From positions 1 through 55,283 of the IMG/VR virus record IMGVR_UViG_3300032239_000671: a stretch of 55,283 nt of DNA. One strand, given 5' to 3'. Position 1 is the stretch's first letter, and each line of letters begins with the position of its first letter. Below, piece after piece: positions 26,527-35,221 of the stretch. Both the position numbers and the translations under genes were made by a program. The notes below the pieces were generated by a model. The model was not told the DNA's origin, did no database searches, and worked only from the letters and a program-made list of their open reading frames with translations. The DNA is from a virus. Its lineage: Duplodnaviria > Caudoviricetes.

Positions 26527-27110
26527 TAGTAGTTATCCTTTCCTGCATATGCCATTTCAATTAGTTGTTCAAACTCTTTGAGTGATACAGATACGAAGGC
26601 TTTAACCTCTATGCCGTAGCCTTTTGAATCAACCTCAACAGAAGTCTGCTCACCTAAGAGTTCTTTTGCTGTTGCGATTACAGAATTGCGTGAGCGATTT
26701 ACTTCCTCTTCTGCAATACGGCGTACCTCTCGTTCTTTGTTCTGCCTCTCTTCACGCTCTACACGCTCTTCTTCTTCTTTTGTCTTTTGTGCTTTCCACT
26801 TTGGTTCTAATACAGACCATTCAGCAACAACATCAGTAAGTCTTGAAGTCCAATGGAAGTCATTTCCATTGTTGTCTGTTGCTTTGACCAAAATACCTAC
26901 TGAGCGATTGCCTACTTGTGCCTTTACAAAATCAGCAGAAGATTGCTTGCGATTGCTTGGCTCATACTCATACTTATCAAGAGAAATTACTGTTGCTTTA
27001 ACAACATCATTCTCTCTTACCTTTGCTATGTCACGACTTTCTTTGTTGTTGTATGTCCATGAAGGTACGATTGCATAATCACCATTCAACTTGATTTCAG
27101 ATAGTTTCAT
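26526..27110 (-). CDS. Hypothetical protein
   Basis: Preceded by GAAACGGAG-N-ATAAATAAA-ATG. Confidence 0.7.
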   Translation of the reverse strand: MKLSEIKLNGDYAIVPSWTYNNKESRDIAKVRENDVVKATVISLDKYEYEPSNRKQSSADFVKAQVGNRSVGILVKATDNNGNDFHWTSRLTDVVAEWSVLEPKWKAQKTKEEEERVEREERQNKEREVRRIAEEEVNRSRNSVIATAKELLGEQTSVEVDSKGYGIEVKAFVSVSLKEFEQLIEMAYAGKDNY

Positions 27111-27141
27111 TTTATTTATTGCTCCGTTTCGTATTTGTTAT

Positions 27142-27168
27142 TGGGGGCAACCGATTTGATTGCCCCCA
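27142..27168. other. Intergenic GC hairpin (processing, stability or attenuation site)
   Basis: TGGGGGCAA-ccgatttga-TTGCCCCCA; no U-tract on the coding (minus) strand. Confidence 0.55.
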
Positions 27169-27181
27169 TTTTGTAACTTCT

Positions 27182-29218
27182 TTATGCACTTACTAAGTTG
27201 CGTGCGATTGAGAGTCGCACCAACTCTTTACCGAGAATGAGAATGTCTTTTGCAGATTTGATTGAGGTCATCAACTCAAACCCATGTCGGTAGTTATTTA
27301 GTTGCTCTGCACTTATGTCATAGCCTGTAATGAGTGCTTGACAGGTCAGAACACCTGCTTGCTTCATCTCTTGAATCGCTTGCTCTCCCTCTTCTGTGTT
27401 CCATGAGCCGTCAGTAATCATGAATAGAATCTTGATTGCTTTGTCGCTCTCTGCAAGCACACGCTTTGCATAAAGAAGAGAATCGTGCGGATTTGTACCG
27501 CCGTCTGCGCCCGAATCTTTTATGAAGTTGCCAGCCTTTTCATCTGCACCATAAAGAAGATTGGTGCGAGAATCAAAAGTTACAACAGTTGTTCTCGCTT
27601 CAACTCTTTCAAGAGATTTCTTTATAGCCCACATTGACTTGTAAGCATTATCGGCGTTCTTCCCAGCCATGCTTCCGCTTCGGTCTAAGAGAATCACGCT
27701 TTCAATACTGCAAACATCATCACGCCCCTCTGTCCATTCATCAAATACAGAATCTAAATCTGCACCCAATAAATAGCGTTGTGCGTTTAGTTTTCCTGCA
27801 CGCTCTCCCCCGACCCATGCAGGGTCAAACTCAGCACGCAAGCGTTCTAGTTCTATACCGAATTGCTTGGCAAGGATTACTAAGTCAGCAGGTACAGGTA
27901 CTTCTGTGTAGCGTGCTTGCTCAGGTGTCTTTGCGTTGCCCCCGTCTAAGTCACTAATGACACCAATTTGCTTTGCTATGTCGTTAATGTCTTTTGAGAG
28001 TGACTCAATAACGGAATTGAGAATGTCATTGAGAGTATCGGTAACTTGTTGATTGCTACCTGTCTTTCCTGCTTGGTTGCCAGCGTTGCGACTAGAAGAA
28101 GGATTGCTAACAGGAGAATCATCAAAAGAATCATCAAACGAATCATCAAAAGAATCATCAAACGAATCATCAAACGAATCATCAAAAGAATCATCAAACG
28201 AATCATCAAACGAATCATCAAAAGAATCTTCTTTTGACTTGTCTGCTTTGTTGCCTTCAGAGTTTTGCACCTCGGAAGGTTGATTGTTTTTATTTGCAGA
28301 CTCTTCTTTTGTATCTTCTTTTGGTGTTGTATCTAATACGACTTCAACAACGCCTTGATTTGCTTGCTGTTGATTGCGTTCTTGTTCCTTCTTGCTTGCA
28401 GGGCGAACACTACTGCTCTCGTATCCCTGTGTAGGTCGTGAATCGTGACCATGAGGATTTCGTATGCAAACAACAGTAGTGCCTTCACCTTCACCACTAC
28501 CATTTCCATTTGGGTCTTGCGGTAGTGCAGGTAACTCTTCAAGCAACTTAGCAAATTGCTTAATGAGATTGAAAGCACGCTCTGTGTTTTCATCATTACC
28601 TGTAATGATTAGAGAGTTGTATTCGTCAATGACAACTGCAAAATCATTAAGAAGTTCGGGCTTAATGAATGAATCACTTGCTAGTTGTCGCAATTCAATA
28701 GGCAGATACTTGCGCCCATAAACTAACGGGAACGCTCTATCTATTGAATCGCTATCACTTAGTAAGTAGTCCACGATAGTCGCTGTAAGCCATGACTTAA
28801 TTGAAGGTAGCCAACCTGTCAAAAGAAACTCAATGCGAGAATCTTCTAGGCAATTAAATGCTTGCCATAGTTCATTCTTCTTTTGGTTCTCTTGAATTAG
28901 TTGTACCAACTTAGAGCCGTTTCTTGCGGTGTAACGCAAATGCCCTAACTCATGGAATGACAACCCATTGAGGCTTGTGATTGAACGAGAAGAGAAGTCA
29001 TCTTTAATCTGCGGAAGATTAAACCAAACTTCTTTAGTGCTACTCCATGCAGGGGCAGACATTTCTTTTCTATCAACAACATTCACAGTTATTTTATGAG
29101 TTGTTAATACCGAAAGAGTTTTTGCAACTACTGAGCCAAAAGAAGTAACACGATTACGCTTTAGTGCTTCCTTCTTGATTGCCTCTTCTTCATCTTCCTT
29201 AAAGAATAATGAAGTCAT
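27182..29218 (-). CDS. vWA-domain protein with an N-terminal zincin-like domain (CobT-like partner of the AAA ATPase)
   Basis: HELGH, NCLEDSRIE, acidic linker, MIDAS LLDRSGSM..GGT..ITDG. Confidence 0.88.
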   Translation of the reverse strand: MTSLFFKEDEEEAIKKEALKRNRVTSFGSVVAKTLSVLTTHKITVNVVDRKEMSAPAWSSTKEVWFNLPQIKDDFSSRSITSLNGLSFHELGHLRYTARNGSKLVQLIQENQKKNELWQAFNCLEDSRIEFLLTGWLPSIKSWLTATIVDYLLSDSDSIDRAFPLVYGRKYLPIELRQLASDSFIKPELLNDFAVVIDEYNSLIITGNDENTERAFNLIKQFAKLLEELPALPQDPNGNGSGEGEGTTVVCIRNPHGHDSRPTQGYESSSVRPASKKEQERNQQQANQGVVEVVLDTTPKEDTKEESANKNNQPSEVQNSEGNKADKSKEDSFDDSFDDSFDDSFDDSFDDSFDDSFDDSFDDSFDDSPVSNPSSSRNAGNQAGKTGSNQQVTDTLNDILNSVIESLSKDINDIAKQIGVISDLDGGNAKTPEQARYTEVPVPADLVILAKQFGIELERLRAEFDPAWVGGERAGKLNAQRYLLGADLDSVFDEWTEGRDDVCSIESVILLDRSGSMAGKNADNAYKSMWAIKKSLERVEARTTVVTFDSRTNLLYGADEKAGNFIKDSGADGGTNPHDSLLYAKRVLAESDKAIKILFMITDGSWNTEEGEQAIQEMKQAGVLTCQALITGYDISAEQLNNYRHGFELMTSIKSAKDILILGKELVRLSIARNLVSA
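28116..28228 (-). repeat. 12-bp tandem repeat x9 encoding (DDSF)n
   Basis: GAATCATCAAA(A/C) units from 28116 with a 36-bp higher-order pattern. Confidence 0.95.
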
Positions 29219-29220
29219 TT

Positions 29221-30561
29221 TTACTCACCTGCCTTTCCTATTAGTTCTAGTTCTAAGTTATGTCGTTGTGAATCCAAAAGAAGTTTTACAGAAGAGCGTT
29301 CGTCATCACGAAAGTTATTAACGAAATTTTCTACTGCAAAATCGTATGAAAGATTTTGTGCTAAGTCCACAAAATTCTTTAGCAAACGAGTTGATACAGG
29401 CGTTTCATAAATACCTGCGATTGAATCTGCTCTCATTGACTTTGCAAGGTCAAGAAGAGTAGAAGAAGGAATAAACTTCTTTTCAATTTCGGTATCGTAA
29501 TCAAAAGTTAATTTGATACCGAATCGGTCAGAAAAGGCTTCATTCATCTTAGAAGTTCCTTTGTATGAATTGCCATTCCAACAGATAGCGATAAGAAGAT
29601 TTGGGTGCGCCTTGATTACTTCCCCTTCGTGTTCAAGAAGAGTTAGCAAACGGCGGTCATCAACTGAGCCATGAAGAACAGAAGCAATTTTCTGCGGAAG
29701 AAAATCGCCTTCGTCAATGACTAGAATCCCACCATGTCGGAAGAAGTGAGTAAAAATTCCGTCACGCCAAACTAACTTTCCGTCAGTATCGGGCACTAAC
29801 CTTCCGAAGAATTGTGAAGGCTCTACACCTGCATTACAACTCATTGAGCCAAACTCCAAACCCTTCTTAGAAGCGTAAGTCATCAACGAAGTTGTTTTTC
29901 CAGTTCCAGCGTGACCATGCAGAGAAACATTTTTCTTATTTGTAATCGCATAATCGTAGATTTGCTCTTCTGTTAATCCGTTGAAGGTACGGGGAATATA
30001 AGTCCGTACTGCTTCTAGTGTTGGAGAAGGAATGAATGAAAGTGTGTTCTCTTCCTTTTCTTCTGCAACAACTGTGTTAAAGACGATTGGTTCATACTTT
30101 GTCTTAATTATTTTTTGCACTGCGGGCTCTCCTTTGTTTGTTGCTGTTCTATCTGAGCGACCATCACTCCGATACTTACTAAGTAATGCAGGGTCTTGTT
30201 CAATGAGTTGCAACACTTCACTAACAACATCTTGAATTGTTCGTGTTGTATCTAAGTTTGTATGGCGCAAGCGATACTGCTTAGTGAGTTTTTGAATCAG
30301 AACGCTTGGTGCTTCACCATTTGTAATTGCTTCAATATCAACACTTGTTAATGGTGTTGATAGCACTTCACCAATGAGGGGGAAGTCCAATGCGCTAGTG
30401 ATAATCGTTGAATAGTTATCACTTGACCATGCGTTGCTCTCACCACGACCACCATTTGTTGTGCGTGCGTATCCGTAGTGATTGCCACCATGACTTGCGA
30501 TAATGATTTGTTTTGTATCGGTTGAATTAACTTGACCACTTATGAGGATTGCATATGACAT
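29221..30561 (-). CDS. MoxR/CobS-like AAA+ ATPase
   Basis: GHAGTGKT, LVIDEGD, N..YKGT..MNEAFSDRF, STRLL; adjacent to the vWA gene. Confidence 0.9.
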   Translation of the reverse strand: MSYAILISGQVNSTDTKQIIIASHGGNHYGYARTTNGGRGESNAWSSDNYSTIITSALDFPLIGEVLSTPLTSVDIEAITNGEAPSVLIQKLTKQYRLRHTNLDTTRTIQDVVSEVLQLIEQDPALLSKYRSDGRSDRTATNKGEPAVQKIIKTKYEPIVFNTVVAEEKEENTLSFIPSPTLEAVRTYIPRTFNGLTEEQIYDYAITNKKNVSLHGHAGTGKTTSLMTYASKKGLEFGSMSCNAGVEPSQFFGRLVPDTDGKLVWRDGIFTHFFRHGGILVIDEGDFLPQKIASVLHGSVDDRRLLTLLEHEGEVIKAHPNLLIAICWNGNSYKGTSKMNEAFSDRFGIKLTFDYDTEIEKKFIPSSTLLDLAKSMRADSIAGIYETPVSTRLLKNFVDLAQNLSYDFAVENFVNNFRDDERSSVKLLLDSQRHNLELELIGKAGE

Positions 30562-30587
30562 TTTATTTATTCCGTTTCTATTTGTTG

Positions 30588-30848
30588 TTAGTTGTTTATG
30601 TCGGTTGTTAGTTGTAGTTGATTATTAAGTTGTAATACCTCGCCCTGTTTATCTAGTGCGAGTTTGCAGATACCTGCGATTTCTTTAGTTAGTTGTTTAT
30701 GGTTCTTGCAATTTCGTGCAAGGTGTGCGGAATTAAATAGCAACTCTTCCTTATCCCACTCAGGGTGCAGATATTCATTCGCACTTAGAAGTGCAGAGAA
30801 TAAATCTTCAATGGGTGGTAGTGATTGTCGCTTAAAGAAGTTACGCAT
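30588..30848 (-). CDS. Hypothetical protein
   Basis: RBS AAGGAG. Confidence 0.6.
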   Translation of the reverse strand: MRNFFKRQSLPPIEDLFSALLSANEYLHPEWDKEELLFNSAHLARNCKNHKQLTKEIAGICKLALDKQGEVLQLNNQLQLTTDINN

Positions 30849-31089
30849 TTTTATTCTCCTTTACTAATTGGATTATGTATTCAGGGTCTTTCGTAAGTCC
30901 AACATCAACAACACGAATGTCGTTGCCGTAGTTTGCAACTACAACATGGTCTGAGATTGCCCTTGTAATACAGAGGTCATACTCATAGATACCTTCATCA
31001 GCGAGTGCCTCGTTAGTATCCAGTACGAATTCGTTTTGCCCCTCGGCTTCTTCATAATAAACAGTTACTAAGAATGATTTTGATTTCAT
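30841..31089 (-). CDS. Hypothetical acidic protein
   Basis: ORF in operon with RBS GGAG. Confidence 0.6.
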   Translation of the reverse strand: MKSKSFLVTVYYEEAEGQNEFVLDTNEALADEGIYEYDLCITRAISDHVVVANYGNDIRVVDVGLTKDPEYIIQLVKENKNA

Positions 31090-31234
31090 TTCTTTTTTTC
31101 TCCATTTCTATTTCGTAGTTGTCGTTAGGTTCACTCAATGTATCTTCGTTGATATAACGGAGAGTTTCCATTTCGTGTTGGATATTTGTAATGAGTGCGT
31201 CTTGCCACATTTCATCTGTGATTGTGATTGCCAT
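31052..31234 (-). CDS. Hypothetical protein
   Basis: RBS GAAAGGA. Confidence 0.55.
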   Translation of the reverse strand: MAITITDEMWQDALITNIQHEMETLRYINEDTLSEPNDNYEIEMEKKRNEIKIILSNCLL

Positions 31235-31411
31235 TTAGTTATTCCTTTCGTAGTGGAATGAGCAAACTGTTTTTTCAATGTCACTTTGATAGTGACAAGA
31301 TTTTTTATCTATCACTATATGGTGAGTGCTAAAGAAGATTGCTGTTGTTGCAAATACAGCACCGATAATGAATCCGACAACTAAGTTGCCTCGTTTATTT
31401 AGTGATTGCAT
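31235..31411 (-). CDS. Small membrane protein (58 aa, not in track)
   Basis: MQSLNKRGNLVVGFIIGAVFATTAIFF; RBS GAAAGGA. Confidence 0.65.
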   Translation of the reverse strand: MQSLNKRGNLVVGFIIGAVFATTAIFFSTHHIVIDKKSCHYQSDIEKTVCSFHYERNN

Positions 31412-31499
31412 TTATTTATTCCTTTCTTCTTTGTAAAGGTTAATGAGTATTGGTGACCATAACAAAAGAACAAAAACACAATAAGCAATAAACATTTTG

Positions 31500-31871
31500 T
31501 TACTCCTTCTCGTTTAGTAGTGAAGTGATGATTTGTTCATATTCGTTAATGAGTTTGTTGTAGTCGTGACGAGCATTGGCACACTCAATGTCAAAAGAAG
31601 ATTGAGAAAAGCGATTGCATGGCGTAGTGCGAATAACTCTTGCGAATAAGTCACCGAAGATTGAACCGATTGACTTTTCAATTACGAAGTTGTTACTAAT
31701 CTCAAAAGAAACAACAGAAACATAAGTGCGATAATGCTTTCGCTCTTTGTCGTGTGTTGTAGTGACATTCACACGAAACTTATCGTTGTAAGTAATCGTG
31801 TGTTTTTGTTTGCGTTCTGTCTGTCGTGTTGAAGTGTTGGTGATAACTGGTGTGATTGTTGTTGTTGTCAT
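31500..31871 (-). CDS. Hypothetical protein, first gene of the leftward operon
   Basis: GAAACGGAATAACAAA-ATG. Confidence 0.7.
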   Translation of the reverse strand: MTTTTITPVITNTSTRQTERKQKHTITYNDKFRVNVTTTHDKERKHYRTYVSVVSFEISNNFVIEKSIGSIFGDLFARVIRTTPCNRFSQSSFDIECANARHDYNKLINEYEQIITSLLNEKE

Positions 31872-31889
31872 TTTGTTATTCCGTTTCGT

Positions 31890-32235
31890 AGTTGAGTTGG
31901 GTTAGTGTGTCAAAAGAATAAACACACAACCCCATTCACTAATCGCTCATAACAATTAGTGAATGAGATTGCATTTTTATTTGCGTTGTTTAAAATTTAA
32001 ATAGTTGTATAAAAAATCATGTCGTAAGGATTAAGTTTTACGATACCTACTTGCTTAATGACTCATTGGTGTTTCGGTATTTACAACTTACGATTTAGAG
32101 TTTTTAATTTGTGCCGAGAGTGATTGTTAATGTCGGAATAAGTAATTCGTAGATTAAGTAATCTCGTAATTAGATAATCGCAAAAGACGATTAACACTTC
32201 TGTCGGACTAACTCAGCCTTTCGGGTGGTTCATCT
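31890..32235 (-). ncRNA. Candidate structured 5' leader / ncRNA (~360 nt)
   Basis: ORF-free region between the promoter and first gene with several complementary stems (see findings). Confidence 0.4.
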
Positions 32236-32241
32236 GGTGTA

Positions 32242-32271
32242 AGCGTAATGCACCCTAAAGAAGAATGTCAA
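32242..32271 (-). promoter_or_regulatory. Sigma70/SigA-type early promoter
   Basis: TTGACA (32271-32266), 18-nt spacer, TACGCT (32247-32242). Confidence 0.8.
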
Positions 32272-32346
32272 ACACCAAAAGAAGGTTAATTTTGAGCGTG
32301 TTGTGAGCGTGGAATTGAAGAAATTGGTCGGTATGGGTGGGGGTTT

Positions 32347-32365
32347 AAGGGGGCGTAGCCCCCTT
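32347..32365. other. GC hairpin in the non-coding control region
   Basis: AAGGGGGC-gta-GCCCCCTT. Confidence 0.6.
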
Positions 32366-32512
32366 CAATAAAGAATGAATAGTGAGTGACAATTACTAAT
32401 AGAGAATAGATATAGATAAAGAATATAGATATAACTATGAGTGTGATTGAAGAAGTGAATCATTTAATTATTGAAACATAATTGTTAAAGAAGAATAAAT
32501 AGTGTGCGATAA

Positions 32513-32555
32513 ACAATGCAATTAGTAAGTGAAACACAATGCAATTAGTAAGTGA
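32513..32555 (+). repeat. Direct repeat ACAATGCAATTAGTAAGTGA x2
   Basis: Exact 20-bp tandem copies in the AT-rich intergenic region. Confidence 0.85.
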
Positions 32556-32853
32556 TTAGTACCTGATAACAGCGCAATAAGTGTGCCGATAGTCTGGTGT
32601 TGGTCGCACAATGATTGCAATAAAAATAAACAGTAGCCAATAGTTATTTCATCACGCTATCAAAAGTGCTATCAAACAATAGTTATTTTAATTATTTACG
32701 CAGAGATAGAACAATTAAAACTTCTTTTAGAAACAAGTTGCGAGGTTAATCGCACAACACCCCCCACAGTTAGATTGAATCACGCACAAGTCAGGCCAGG
32801 TGACAGCCATGGTTGAGGGTTACAGTGCTAGGCAGTAGCCCTAAAATAGCCAC

Positions 32854-33159
32854 ATGGCTAAAAAATACTCATTAGGTGGCTTTGCAGGCAAAATACACGA
32901 AACCACCAATCCCCACACAGGGACCCGTGTAAGCGTCTACCACTCTGACCAAGCTGGCATGGACTCCTCAGATGGCGCCAAATACCACGCTGTCTGTGAG
33001 GAACATTCTATGACCATGCCTGCAAGCTCAATTGCTGGGGCTAAGTCAGCCGCAATTGACTCTCCCTCTTGGTGTGATGACTGTAGGGAGTTAGAAACTG
33101 AAAAATTGAAGAGAAAACAACAGCATTTTGACGAAGGTCAATCTACAGCACGTAATTAA
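32854..33159 (+). CDS. Hypothetical protein (CEEH..CDDC Zn site), leaderless
   Basis: TAAAAT-6nt-ATG. Confidence 0.7.
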   Translation: MAKKYSLGGFAGKIHETTNPHTGTRVSVYHSDQAGMDSSDGAKYHAVCEEHSMTMPASSIAGAKSAAIDSPSWCDDCRELETEKLKRKQQHFDEGQSTARN

Positions 33160-33208
33160 TATTTTTTTCTCCAGAAAAAGCCAGGCAGTAGCTCTATTCT
33201 TAGCCTAT

Positions 33209-33313
33209 ATGCGCCATGACCCATGGATATGCAAGGGATGTGGGAAGACTTTTGTCGTCCCTACCCTGGCACGGCAATGCGAAGAGAGACACGAGGAGGA
33301 TAACGCCCTATGA
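33209..33313 (+). CDS. Tiny C2HC/C2H2-like Zn-finger peptide
   Basis: MRHDPWICKGCGKTF..LARQCEERH; ATGA overlap with the next gene. Confidence 0.55.
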   Translation: MRHDPWICKGCGKTFVVPTLARQCEERHEEDNAL

Positions 33314-33645
33314 GCAGTCGTAACCTCTCTGCAGTCTTGTTTCACGGCACCAATGTGGTCTTAAACCCAGGAGATATGATTACTCCCCCTAAGTCTGGCC
33401 CACGTAGTTTGGTTTTTGCAACGGAGAGCCCGGAGCACGCAGCAGCTCATGCTGAGAGTGCCGCAGCAAATGCACCCCTAAAAGCAAAGCACAAGGATAG
33501 AGCTAAAGCAACACTCTCAGATAAGGGCATTGTCTATAAGGTTGAGAACGTAGGAGACGCACGTAGAGACCCTCTCTCAGGTGGAAAAGCCGGTGGTGTT
33601 TGGGTTTCTAAGACCGGCTTCAGAGTTATAGGCAGGCACAAATGA
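33310..33645 (+). CDS. ADP-ribosyltransferase-like protein (Arr-like fold)
   Basis: LFHGT..LNPGD.I, VFAT..A..A, GIVYKVE. Confidence 0.65.
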   Translation: MSSRNLSAVLFHGTNVVLNPGDMITPPKSGPRSLVFATESPEHAAAHAESAAANAPLKAKHKDRAKATLSDKGIVYKVENVGDARRDPLSGGKAGGVWVSKTGFRVIGRHK

Positions 33646-34043
33646 GCGAAGAGACCCCTCAGCCACAACCCGCCTCCTGGATAGCGGGAGACCATAGAAT
33701 TGACTATCACCCATGGTTTCACAAGGCTGCTCCTCATTTTTACGTCCTGTCACATAAAGACACAGGACAAATGCTCTCTAATCTAACCTTAAACCAAGAA
33801 GGTGAAGTAGCTGGAGTTGAAACACACCCTAAGCATCAGCGAGAGGGTTTAGCAACAAAGCTTTGGAACGTGGCAAAGATGCACTCAGAGACAACTCCGG
33901 GAGTTCCTACCCCTAAACACTCAAGGTCTCGTACCCGCAAGGGCGATGCATGGGCTAAAAAGGTTGGCGGCGATGTTCCTCCGGTTCCAAGAGACCGTCT
34001 ACTCAGCGCACGTCAGATGCAGGGAATGTTGAGGTTTGACTAA
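33642..34043 (+). CDS. GNAT-family acetyltransferase
   Basis: VETHPKHQREGLATKLW (motif A Q/RxxGxA), HS..RT..G.AW. Confidence 0.75.
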   Translation: MSEETPQPQPASWIAGDHRIDYHPWFHKAAPHFYVLSHKDTGQMLSNLTLNQEGEVAGVETHPKHQREGLATKLWNVAKMHSETTPGVPTPKHSRSRTRKGDAWAKKVGGDVPPVPRDRLLSARQMQGMLRFD

Positions 34044-34366
34044 TGAGCTTTGCAAATATGTCTTTAGAGCAGATGGAAGCCTATCTTGCTCAAGATAAAG
34101 CTGAGCAAAAGCAGGAGCGCTCAAAGAAAAAAGCCGAACGTAAAGCGGCTACTCCTGTCACTTCCGGTGACTGGTCAAAAGAACACGATGACAACTCAGG
34201 CATTACCTACCACGTTCATGGCCCTAGCGGTGCCAAGGTCTTTAACAACTTGACTGGCTCCTACAAGTGGGAGGTTAAGGGCTCAGGTATTACTGGGCGT
34301 ATCCATAAGACCTTGCAAGAGGCCAAGAACGCTGTAGAGACCGAACACGCAAAGGGGTTAAATTGA
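34043..34366 (+). CDS. Hypothetical protein
   Basis: TAATG-coupled; HKTLQEAK motif. Confidence 0.65.
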   Translation: MSFANMSLEQMEAYLAQDKAEQKQERSKKKAERKAATPVTSGDWSKEHDDNSGITYHVHGPSGAKVFNNLTGSYKWEVKGSGITGRIHKTLQEAKNAVETEHAKGLN

Positions 34367-34755
34367 GCGCAGAAGATAACTTGTCTGGTAACCAGTTTAA
34401 ACTCTACCATGGAAGCAATACTCACATCAAGGTACCAGGCATGGTAGAGGCTAGGCTTCAAGGCTTTGACAATAATAAAGACATAGTAGGAAAACACGTG
34501 GCTTTTGCGACAACGGATTTATCGGAAGCACAACTCTACGGTAAGAACGTGTACGAGGTTGAGCCAGACGAGCACACTGAGAAGTTTTCAATGCCTAACG
34601 TCTATATCAGTAAAAAAGGTTTTAAGATTAAAAGCAAACTCCCATATCCAGCGTCTCGTTCACGTATCTACCCAGAACCAAAAGATGTTGAACCACGTGG
34701 AAGAGTCAAAAAAGCCGTAGTAAAACGCACTCCACCTAAAGAGGCTAAAGAATGA
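34363..34755 (+). CDS. ADP-ribosyltransferase-like protein (second copy)
   Basis: LYHGS, AFATTDLSEAQLYG.NVYEVEP. Confidence 0.65.
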   Translation: MSAEDNLSGNQFKLYHGSNTHIKVPGMVEARLQGFDNNKDIVGKHVAFATTDLSEAQLYGKNVYEVEPDEHTEKFSMPNVYISKKGFKIKSKLPYPASRSRIYPEPKDVEPRGRVKKAVVKRTPPKEAKE

Positions 34756-35186
34756 GCGCATCAGACCACCTTTCTGCAAGACAGTTCAATAGGCCTTTAG
34801 TGCGCCCTGCCGAGATGACAGAGGAAGATATGCGTCCAAAGGCTAAGAACTACCCTCGCAAAAAGTTTAACGTCCATGCAGAGATGGGTAAGTCATGGAA
34901 AGCCGTGACACCACCTAATGCTTTTGATATGAAGACAGGTGCTCCGCTTCCTGTACAGCCAGGGGCCATCTCTATCGTCACACCTGAAAACGGAGATGCG
35001 TGGACTAATTGGCCTGAACACACTGCCCCAGATAAAATTCGCATGGCTAAGAAGTTAGTTAAGAACAACTTGACTCGTGAAGCCCAAAAAAGCAAAAACC
35101 CAAAGGTTCGTATGCAGGCCCGTCAAGCCTCTTACAAGGCTAACCAGATTCAATCTGCCATTCAAAAACGTACCTCCCCTAAGTAA
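34752..35186 (+). CDS. Hypothetical basic protein
   Basis: ATGA overlap; N-terminal DHLSARQF tag. Confidence 0.65.
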   Translation: MSASDHLSARQFNRPLVRPAEMTEEDMRPKAKNYPRKKFNVHAEMGKSWKAVTPPNAFDMKTGAPLPVQPGAISIVTPENGDAWTNWPEHTAPDKIRMAKKLVKNNLTREAQKSKNPKVRMQARQASYKANQIQSAIQKRTSPK

Positions 35187-35221
35187 TATTTTTTTTCTTT
35201 TGTAAAAGCTAAGCAGTAGCC

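Noticed and set aside
27976-28283. Alternative-frame ORFs (MIRL)n, (KRII)n, (ESSN)n; possible CRISPR array
   Set aside because: By-products of the 12-bp tandem repeat in the vWA gene; there are no unique spacers
32195-32240. Hammerhead-like ribozyme (GATGA...GAAA) in the leader
   Set aside because: Lacks the exact CUGANGA core and the required three-stem arrangement
32347-32365. Rolling-circle plasmid nick-site hairpin (GGGGG-CTACG-CCCCC on the minus strand)
   Set aside because: Only partial similarity to pMV158-type origins, and no Rep/HUH gene is in the window
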